From Candidatus Eiseniibacteriota bacterium (lineage in GTDB: Bacteria > Eisenbacteria > RBG-16-71-46 > CAIMUX01 > WJJG01), in NCBI GenBank assembly GCA_023129715.1, contig JAGMBO010000032.1, positions 22,057 to 86,056 of the forward strand: 64,000 bases of DNA, read 5' to 3'. Under the pieces are notes generated by a model. The model saw nothing but the letters and a program-made list of their open reading frames with translations. It searched no databases and was not told the DNA's origin. A program made the translations under genes and the position numbers. Positions 47,040-54,485 of this stretch are shown here, in pieces; the first letter of the stretch is position 1; the number at the start of each line of letters is the position of its first letter.

Positions 47040-48488
47040 CTACCGCTTGCGGCCGAGGTGCAGGAACCAGAGATCGTGATGCTCGCGGTGGGGCTTCATG
47101 TCGGGCAGGCGGTTGTCGTAGTCGCGCACCATGCGCGCCAACATGCCCGAGAGCCCCAGCAGAGCGATCAGGTTGGGAAAGGCCATCAGCCCATTGAAAA
47201 TCCCGGCGATATCCCAAACCAGCTTGAGCTGGATCGTCGCCCCGACCGGGATCAACAGCACGAAGATGCAGTGATAGACATGCACCGCTCGCTTGCCGAG
47301 ATGACCAAAGAGGAAGTAGACCGAGCGGTCGCCGTAGTAGCTCCAGCCGATCATTGTCGTGAAGGCGAAGAAAACGAGCCCGAAGGAGACGAGATGGGCA
47401 CCAATCCCGGGAATCGCCGCATCGAAGGCCTCCGCCGAGAGGGCCGCCCCATCGTTGCTGCTCACTCCGAGCAGCCCACTGGTGATGATCACGAGGGCCG
47501 TGATCGTACAGATCGTGATCGTATCGATGAAAGGCCCCAGCATCGAGACCAACCCCTCGCGGACGGGCTCCTTCGTCTTGGCTGAGGCGTGGGCGATGGA
47601 GGCTGAACCAAGGCCTGCTTCATTGGAGAAAAGTCCCTTCTCCACACCGAAACGCATTGCCCGGGCGATCGTGTAACCCAAGACACCCCCGCCCACCGAG
47701 GACAAAGAGAAGGCATCTCTGAAGATCATCGCGAATGCCGCCGGAATCGCATCGATCCGCACGATGAGGATCACGATTGCCGAGAGCAAGTAGAGGACGG
47801 CCATCACCGGGACGATCTTCTCCGCCACCCGTGCGATGCGCCGCACTCCTCCGATGATCACGATCGCCACGAGAACCGCCAGGACAATGCCGATCGCCAG
47901 CTTCGAGTAGGCGACGAAGCCCACCCCGCCGATTTCGAATCCAGCGGATGTGCCGAGGAGGTTGGAAATCGGATCGGCCACGGAATTTGCTTGCACCATG
48001 TTGCCGATACCGAACGCCGCGACCGCCGTACACACCGCGAACAGCCACCCGAGCCAAGGTGCATGAAGCCCATTGCGCAAGTAGTACATCGGCCCGCCGG
48101 CGACAACCCCCTGTGCATCGATTTCGCGGAAACGCAGCGAGAGCATCGCCCCAACGCCCTTAGTGCACATGCCGAAAACAGCCGTGACCCACATCCAGAA
48201 GACCGCGCCGGGGCCCCCGGCGACCAGCCCGGTCGCCACACCGGCGATATTGCCGGTGCCGATCGTGGCCGAAAGCGCCGTCGAGAGCGCCTGTAGATGG
48301 GTTGTCTCGCCCCGGTCCTGAGGGTTGTCCCAGCGGCCGGAAATCAGTGACCAGCCATGCCGGAAGAGGCGGAACTGAATGAAGCGCAGGCGAATCGTCA
48401 GGTAGATGCCTGTGCCGACGAGCACAAACATCATGAAGTAGCCCCACACCCAGCTGTTGATCTGACTCATCAGTTCCGCGAAGCTCAT
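47040..48488 (-). CDS. agcS: Alanine/glycine:cation symporter (AGCS family).
   Basis: ALSTALSATIGTGNIAGVATGL..., the AGCS signature. RBS GGGAGGA before ATG 48488. Confidence 0.85.
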   Translation of the reverse strand: MSFAELMSQINSWVWGYFMMFVLVGTGIYLTIRLRFIQFRLFRHGWSLISGRWDNPQDRGETTHLQALSTALSATIGTGNIAGVATGLVAGGPGAVFWMWVTAVFGMCTKGVGAMLSLRFREIDAQGVVAGGPMYYLRNGLHAPWLGWLFAVCTAVAAFGIGNMVQANSVADPISNLLGTSAGFEIGGVGFVAYSKLAIGIVLAVLVAIVIIGGVRRIARVAEKIVPVMAVLYLLSAIVILIVRIDAIPAAFAMIFRDAFSLSSVGGGVLGYTIARAMRFGVEKGLFSNEAGLGSASIAHASAKTKEPVREGLVSMLGPFIDTITICTITALVIITSGLLGVSSNDGAALSAEAFDAAIPGIGAHLVSFGLVFFAFTTMIGWSYYGDRSVYFLFGHLGKRAVHVYHCIFVLLIPVGATIQLKLVWDIAGIFNGLMAFPNLIALLGLSGMLARMVRDYDNRLPDMKPHREHHDLWFLHLGRKR

Positions 48489-48694
48489 GCGATCCTCCCA
48501 GCACATTCATGGGGATTCCTCCCCGCGCGCGGCAGGCCATCTCTTGCCACGACTCCGTGCCAGCCAGCCTACACTTGCATATGCACGCATTATCTGCAGG
48601 AGGATCACTCGCGGCAACCACGAAGCGGGAAAGGGCCAATGGCAGGGTAACGCGGGTTGTCTCCAATCAGGGATCCGGGGATCGCGTTCTTGGC

Positions 48695-48786
48695 GGCCGG
48701 ATCACGTCGCGCGATGCGGCCGGATCACGTCGCGCGATGCAGCGAGATCACGTCGCGCGATGCGGCCGGATCACTTCGCGCGTTTC
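48695..48786. repeat. Four tandem copies of a 23-bp unit (GGCCGGATCACGTCGCGCGATGC, copies 3 and 4 diverged) in the agcS/mntP intergenic region. Core TCGCGCGA is palindromic.
   Basis: Seen directly. Head-to-tail with no spacers, so not a CRISPR. Confidence 0.7.
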
Positions 48787-48803
48787 GGCACAGCCCAATG
48801 GGG

Positions 48804-49361
48804 CTAGCAGAACAGATGCGCGATCAGGATGCGGATACCGATCAAGAGCAGGAGGACACCGCCGGCGATCTCCATGCGCTTGCCGAAGCGGATACTCAGG
48901 CGCGCCCCGAGCCGGATGGCGACGAAGGAGAGCCCTGCGGTGATGAGACCGATCGTCAGGCAGGGCAGCAGAATCCCGACATCGAGCATGGCGAGGCTGA
49001 GGCCGACCGCGAAGGCATCGATACTGGTGGCGACCGCCAACAGAAGCAGGGCCACACCCCGGGAGGGATCGGTGCGCAGGGAGAGATCGCCGCTGCAGCC
49101 GGCGCGGATCATCCGCACGCCCACTACAAGCAGCAGCCCGAAGGCGACCCAGTGGTCCCAGGCAGCGACCCACGCGGCAAGCCGCACGCCGAGCAGCCAG
49201 CCGAGCCATGGCATGAGGGCTTGGAAAAGAGCGAAGTGGAAGATGAGCCGGAAGATCGCCCACGGTCCGCAGGCGTACCCCGCCGCCGAGGCAGCTAGTG
49301 AAACGGCGGCCGCATCGAGGGCCAGTCCCAGCGCAATGGCAAGCAGTTCTGCGAAGGGCAT
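48804..49361 (-). CDS. mntP: Putative manganese efflux pump MntP (DUF204 family).
   Basis: Six TM helices with duplicated LALDAFAV / SIDAFAVG motifs characteristic of MntP. Confidence 0.7.
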   Translation of the reverse strand: MPFAELLAIALGLALDAAAVSLAASAAGYACGPWAIFRLIFHFALFQALMPWLGWLLGVRLAAWVAAWDHWVAFGLLLVVGVRMIRAGCSGDLSLRTDPSRGVALLLLAVATSIDAFAVGLSLAMLDVGILLPCLTIGLITAGLSFVAIRLGARLSIRFGKRMEIAGGVLLLLIGIRILIAHLFC

Positions 49362-49494
49362 GCTGATGCCATAGCAGGGGTGCGGCTTGTGGGCAAGCGG
49401 AAGCCAGGGTTTCGGGCACTTCGGAAAGCCGTGTTGAGCCCGGCCATTCAGGGCGGGCTCGTCAGGCCGTCAGCACAGCCCTGCCGGCGAACGG

Positions 49495-50961
49495 CTAGTG
49501 CTTCCTCAGACGCCGGAGAATTGACTGCACGAATCCGATGGGTCGTGGTTCGCTGCGCGGCACCGGCTTCTCGCTCCGCGGTACTCGCTTCGGTCTCGCG
49601 TCCACAGCCACACCCTGGCGCGCCGGCCGGGGCTGCTCGGCTCTCCTCACCCCTGCCGCGCTCCGCTGACGACGCCGGGGAGGACGCGTGCGGCGCTGAG
49701 CGCCCTGCTGGCCGGGGTCCCCTCGTCCCGCGCTCTCGCGCTGTGCGGGGTGGTCCTCTCGTTGGCCGTCATCCCTTGGAGAGCGTCTCGTCCCGCGCCG
49801 GGGCGAGCGCTCGCGGGAGGAGGCCGGTTGCGCCCCACGGGAAGACCGGGATCCCGGTTCTTCCAACCAGGAGAGCCTCTGCGAGATCAGGCGCTCGATC
49901 GCGGCGATGGTTCCGGAGTCCTCGGGTGTCACCAATGAAATCGCCACCCCCCGCCGCCCGGCGCGGGCGGTGCGGCCAATCCGGTGGACGTAGTCCTTCG
50001 GCGAGTAGGGCAAGTCGAAATTCACCACATGAGAGACATCGTCGACGTCGAGCCCGCGGGCGGCGATATCTGTTGCCACCAGGAGGTGGATGCGTCCCTC
50101 GCGGAAACCCTCCAGGGCGCGCACGCGCTGGTCTTGCGTGCGATCGCTGTGGATGGCAGAGGCCTTGTGACCGCGCTCCGCCAGCCTTCCCGCCAGCCGG
50201 GAAGCCCCCGACTTGGTCCGGGCGAAGACGATCGTGCGCTTCATTTCCTGCTGGCGAATCAGCCGCTCCAGCGCCGACTGCTTCTGCCCGCGGGTTGTTC
50301 GCAACAGGAACTGGTCGATCTCCGCCAGCGTCGTTGCCGGCGGAGCCACCTCGATCCGCTCTGGATTCCTCAGGATGCCCTGCGAGAATCGGCGGATCCC
50401 TTCGTCCAAGGTCGCTGAGAGAAGGATCGACTGGCGCTCGCTGGGCAAGTAGTCGACGATCTCGCGAACAGCCTTGATGAACCCCATGTCGAGCATCCGG
50501 TCGGCTTCATCCAAGACGAGTATCTGCGTGTGACGGAAGTCGATATTGCCTCGCCACACGTGATCCTTCAGGCGGCCCGGCGTCGCCACCAGGATGTCGA
50601 CCCCATGGCGCAGCATCATCTCCTGAGGACCGATGGGCACTCCGCCGTAAACAGTGGTTGCTTCCAGCTCCAAGTACTTGCCATACGCCGTCAGGCTCCG
50701 GCCGACCTGGATCGCCAGCTCGCGCGTGGGCACGAGGATCAACGCCCGGAGATTTGCCCGCGGTCCTTCCGCCAGCCGGTGAAGAATGGGAAGGGCAAAA
50801 GCCGCTGTCTTCCCGGTTCCCGTTTGCGCGCAGCAAATCAAGTCCCGGCCTTCTAGGGTCTTGGGAATCGCCCGCTCTTGAATCGGTGTCGGGTGCGGGT
50901 AACCGCTTTCCTCGATTACGCGCAGGAGCTCGTCGCGGAGCCCCAACTCTTCGAATTTCAT
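49495..50961 (-). CDS. DEAD-box ATP-dependent RNA helicase with Arg-rich C-terminal tail.
   Basis: AQTGTGKT (motif I), PTRELA, DEAD (VLDEADRMLDMGF), SAT, HRIGRTARAG. Confidence 0.9.
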   Translation of the reverse strand: MKFEELGLRDELLRVIEESGYPHPTPIQERAIPKTLEGRDLICCAQTGTGKTAAFALPILHRLAEGPRANLRALILVPTRELAIQVGRSLTAYGKYLELEATTVYGGVPIGPQEMMLRHGVDILVATPGRLKDHVWRGNIDFRHTQILVLDEADRMLDMGFIKAVREIVDYLPSERQSILLSATLDEGIRRFSQGILRNPERIEVAPPATTLAEIDQFLLRTTRGQKQSALERLIRQQEMKRTIVFARTKSGASRLAGRLAERGHKASAIHSDRTQDQRVRALEGFREGRIHLLVATDIAARGLDVDDVSHVVNFDLPYSPKDYVHRIGRTARAGRRGVAISLVTPEDSGTIAAIERLISQRLSWLEEPGSRSSRGAQPASSRERSPRRGTRRSPRDDGQREDHPAQRESAGRGDPGQQGAQRRTRPPRRRQRSAAGVRRAEQPRPARQGVAVDARPKRVPRSEKPVPRSEPRPIGFVQSILRRLRKH

Positions 50962-51411
50962 CGTACCTCTTCTTTGGGCGCAGTGGATGGGGGGCATGGC
51001 CCCAGCATTCGTGCGCGTCCCCTAGGTCTAGGTAACACCCTGCTCCAACGTGTCGAGTTCGGGGAGGAACTACGAAAGGAGGGCATTCATTGCAGCGGTG
51101 GTGGAGTCTCAGATGGCTCGGGCACCGACCATCTCTGCCAATCGCTACCTATATCATTTCTACCCAGTATCGTGCAGTTGGGAGCAAGACACCAGCGTTA
51201 TCTGCTTGGCCGCTGAGAGCGGAGCGGTCCCCGTCGAGGCCTCGCTTGCCTCAACTCGTTGTGTGTGTGTGGGTTGTGCCGGAGGCGCCGTTCCGGCCAG
51301 CATCGGGAGGCAAGGGCCGGGAGGCAAGGATCCTGCGCATGGTAGGTCTGCCTGCACGACCACTGAGACACTGCGGTGGCTTGGGCAATCACCTACGAAT
51401 CGGATGGAACT

Positions 51412-51484
51412 CAGGCGTGGAGGGACTCGAACCCCCAACCTACGGTTTTGGAGACCGTTGCTCTGCCAGTTGAGCTACACGCCT
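51412..51484 (-). tRNA. tRNA-Trp (anticodon CCA).
   Basis: Manual fold: 7-bp acceptor AGGCGTG/CACGCCT, U8, D-stem GCTC/GAGC, anticodon stem ACGGT/ACCGT with loop CUCCAAA, T-stem GGGGG/CCCTC, T-loop TTCGAGT. CCA is not encoded. Confidence 0.85.
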
Positions 51485-51781
51485 AACTCGACACCAGTTA
51501 TCGGCCGCGACAGCGACCGACTGAGGCATTACTATAGGAAAGGCTGCCACCTCCCGGCAACCACGATTTGAGCCCTCCCGGCGCCGGGTGGGGGGAAGGG
51601 GCTCGGGCAGACCCCCCGGGCGCCTGCCGACAAGCCGCCGAACGCATGTCGGCAACCCGCCGAACGCATGTCGACAGGCCGCCGGTCGTCCGGCGACGGG
51701 CCGCCGGCCGGATCAGGGGAGAGGCACCCGGTGGCGGTCGCGATCTGCGGTCGAGGTCTGCGGTCGAGATCAAGAGGTGTC

Positions 51782-53530
51782 ATGCCGCAGGAGCGATTCA
51801 GAGCCCTCGACGACTTCCGCGTCCGGGCGGTCTTGGTCTGCGGGTTTCTGGGCTTGGTGAGTGCGCTTACCTTTGACCCGAAGCTCTATGTCAGCGGGGA
51901 CAACGTCGAGTACATCCTGCTCGGCCAGCGGGTGCTCCGCGAGGGGGTCCTATGGGGCAGCCGCAAGTTCCCGCCCTTCTTCCCGCTGCTCTTGAGCCCC
52001 ATCCAGGCCTTCTGGGGAATCGCCTGGGTGCCGCAGAAGATCTTCGTCTCGCTCCTTTACGTGGCGACGGGCCCGTTGTTCCTGCGCATGGCCGAGCGGG
52101 TCCTTCCCCGGCGCCTCGCGCTCCCGGTGACGGCGCTGGCCCTGATCTCGATCCCGGTGCTCGAGTTCTCGCACTATGTGATGTCGGAGGTTCCTTATCT
52201 TCTGCTCTTCACGGCCGCCCTGGTGGCCGGAGAGCGCTTGTTCAGGGTGCCGGGGGGGCAGGTATCCTGCGCCTCCGCACGGACCCGCACGGGATCGCCG
52301 GCCGCATCGCCGGTCGCGCCGCCGTCCGCATTGCCGACCTCTCCGCAGTCCGCCGCCTCACGCTCCACCACGCGCACGGCACTCCTGCTCTTCTTTCTCT
52401 TCTCCGGCTGCGCGTTCTATACCCGCAGCGTCGGTCTCGTCCTGTCGGCGGCCCTCGTCTCCCTCGCGCTCCTCGAGCGCCGCTGGCGCTTCGCCCTGGC
52501 GGGAGTCGGACTGACCGGGGTCGTCCTGATCCCCTGGATTTTCCATACCTATTTCTCGGGACTCGGGGGGGAGACCTATCTGACGCAAGTCCTGCGCATC
52601 AATCCCTACTACCCCGAGGAGGGCTTGCTGACCCCTGCCGCGCTTTTCGATCGGGTGGCCCACAATGCCGCCCGCTACTTCACCGTCGAGATTCCCCGGC
52701 TGTTGGCGCCGCTGGCGTTCGAGAGCACATATCTGCCGCGGCCCGAGGTGCACATTGCCTGGCCCGCCTATCTGTGGGGCTTGCCGCTGCTCCTCCTGCT
52801 TGCCGGCGTGTTGCGCGGGATGGTGCGCTTGCCCTTGACGACGACGGCTCTGTTGCTCTCCTTGCTTGTTTGCCTGCTCTGGCCGCCAATCTGGACGAGC
52901 GTGCGCTTCATCATTCCGCTCGTCCCGCTGCTGATTCTCTTCTTCCTTGCCGGGATCCATGCGTCGATGGGGTGGATTGGGCCGCTCCGGCGCTGGGCCG
53001 GACTTGCCACTACAGTCTTTCTGGTCCTGCTGCTTGCCCTCGGGGGACGCAATCTCCACCTCTATGATCAGGAGACCCGCGAGTATCCCCGGCCGTGGGC
53101 CTACTACTTCGAGGCAGCCCAGTGGGCCGGGGATCACCTGCCCACCGGGAGTCTAGTCGTCGACCGCAAGGCGGCGATGTTCACGCTCGTCTCGGGTCTG
53201 CCGGCGATCAGTTTTCCCCGTGAGGAAGACCCCGATCGCATGGTTGCCCACTTCCGGGAAAGGGGTGTGCGATTCGTCCACGCCTCTTCGATTCCCTATG
53301 ACGATCTGCCCCGCTTCCTCTTCCCCACGATCCGGCAGCGTCCGGAGTACTTCGCTCCCCACTGGCGGACGGAGCAGGTATCGGGGATGATGAGCGCGAT
53401 TCTCGAGTTCGATCCTGCCGGTCGTGGGGTGGGGCTTCCGGAGCACATCCGTCGGGAACGACTCGAAGACAAGGCCGCCGGTCGCGGTCCACCCAATGGA
53501 ACAACCGGGAGCAGAGCGGCCGGACCATGA
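51782..53530 (+). CDS. Glycosyltransferase family 39 / ArnT-like polytopic membrane glycosyltransferase.
   Basis: Twelve or more TM helices, dolichyl-phosphate-mannose/ArnT-like N-terminal loop, C-terminal soluble domain. RBS AAGAGGTG. Confidence 0.65.
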   Translation: MPQERFRALDDFRVRAVLVCGFLGLVSALTFDPKLYVSGDNVEYILLGQRVLREGVLWGSRKFPPFFPLLLSPIQAFWGIAWVPQKIFVSLLYVATGPLFLRMAERVLPRRLALPVTALALISIPVLEFSHYVMSEVPYLLLFTAALVAGERLFRVPGGQVSCASARTRTGSPAASPVAPPSALPTSPQSAASRSTTRTALLLFFLFSGCAFYTRSVGLVLSAALVSLALLERRWRFALAGVGLTGVVLIPWIFHTYFSGLGGETYLTQVLRINPYYPEEGLLTPAALFDRVAHNAARYFTVEIPRLLAPLAFESTYLPRPEVHIAWPAYLWGLPLLLLLAGVLRGMVRLPLTTTALLLSLLVCLLWPPIWTSVRFIIPLVPLLILFFLAGIHASMGWIGPLRRWAGLATTVFLVLLLALGGRNLHLYDQETREYPRPWAYYFEAAQWAGDHLPTGSLVVDRKAAMFTLVSGLPAISFPREEDPDRMVAHFRERGVRFVHASSIPYDDLPRFLFPTIRQRPEYFAPHWRTEQVSGMMSAILEFDPAGRGVGLPEHIRRERLEDKAAGRGPPNGTTGSRAAGP

Positions 53531-53618
53531 CCGCTGGGACTGAATTGCGTGCGCTGCACCCGCACCACGACCTGGAACGAGGACCGCGGGAGGCGGAGCG
53601 CAGCCGAGGGAGGGTGGT

Positions 53619-54485
53619 GTGTCGCACCCGCTGGGGAAACTAGAGCAACAGATTACGCGTGCCTGGGAAGCGGCGGATGGTGCTGCACGCAGCGCTGCAC
53701 GCAGCGCCGCGCGCGAGGCGGTGGAAGAGGCGGTGCGCTCCCTCGACCAGGGCGAAGTGCGCGTGGCCGAGAAGCAAGGAGAGAGGTGGATCGTCCATGG
53801 CTGGCTTCAGATGGCGATCCTGCTCTACTTCGCTCAGCACGAGGCGGAGTTCACGGAGGCGGGCCCGCTTGCCTTTCGGGACAAGCTGCCCGTCAAGCGC
53901 GACTTGACCGCACGCCAGGTCCGGGTCGTGCCGCCCGGCACGGCGCGCTACGGCAGCTTCCTCGAGCCGGGAGTCGTGCTCATGCCGGGCTATGTCAATA
54001 TCGGGGCTTACGTTGGCGCAGGCTCCCTGATAGACACATGGGCGACGATCGGCAGCGGTGCTCAGATCGGACGCGAGGTCCACATCTCCGGCGGTGTTGG
54101 GATTGGCGGAGTTCTGGAACCCCCGCAAGCCCGGCCGGTGATTGTCGAGGACGGCGCCTTTATCGGCTCGCGTTGCATTCTCGTCGAGGGGGTCTGGGTT
54201 GGCGCCGGTGCGGTACTTGGCGCCGGTTGTGTCGTCACCGCCTCGACACCGATCATCGATGTGCGTGGCCCGCGGCCGGAGGTCGGGCGCGGGCGGGTGC
54301 CGCCTGGGTGCGTGGCGATTCCGGGCACCTGGCCGCATCGTTTCCCAGCCGGTGAGTTCAATGTACCCTGTGTCCTGATCGTGGGCGAGCGCAAGGCATC
54401 GACCGATCGCAAGACACAGCTCAACGAGATCCTGCGAGAGTTCCCCCTTGTGGGTTCGCTGGGGGATGCGCCGCGAGGGGAGTAG
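53619..54485 (+). CDS. dapD: 2,3,4,5-tetrahydropyridine-2,6-dicarboxylate N-succinyltransferase (or acetyltransferase).
   Basis: Close collinearity with E. coli DapD (...RVVPPGTARYGSFLEPGVVLMPGYVNIGAYVGAGSLIDTWATIGSGAQIGREVHISGGVGIGGVLEP...). GTG start with GGGAGGG. Confidence 0.85.
   Translation: MSHPLGKLEQQITRAWEAADGAARSAARSAAREAVEEAVRSLDQGEVRVAEKQGERWIVHGWLQMAILLYFAQHEAEFTEAGPLAFRDKLPVKRDLTARQVRVVPPGTARYGSFLEPGVVLMPGYVNIGAYVGAGSLIDTWATIGSGAQIGREVHISGGVGIGGVLEPPQARPVIVEDGAFIGSRCILVEGVWVGAGAVLGAGCVVTASTPIIDVRGPRPEVGRGRVPPGCVAIPGTWPHRFPAGEFNVPCVLIVGERKASTDRKTQLNEILREFPLVGSLGDAPRGE

Noticed and set aside
48489-48700. Possible glycine riboswitch upstream of agcS, and yybP-ykoY Mn riboswitch upstream of mntP (49362-49494)
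   Set aside because: I reverse-complemented and inspected both leaders. Neither contains the conserved glycine-riboswitch (GGAGAG...ACCGAAGGGGCAA...CTCAGGCAAAAGGAC) or yybP-ykoY (GAGUAG/GGGGAGUAG...UUGUCA) core elements.
48695-48786. CRISPR array
   Set aside because: The repeats are directly adjacent with no spacers. There are only 4 copies of 23 bp, and no cas genes in the window.
51262-51276. (TG)6 microsatellite and AT-richer stretch upstream of tRNA-Trp, considered as a second RNA gene or attachment site
   Set aside because: No cloverleaf or conserved ncRNA structure could be folded, and no integrase or direct repeat of the tRNA 3' end is nearby.
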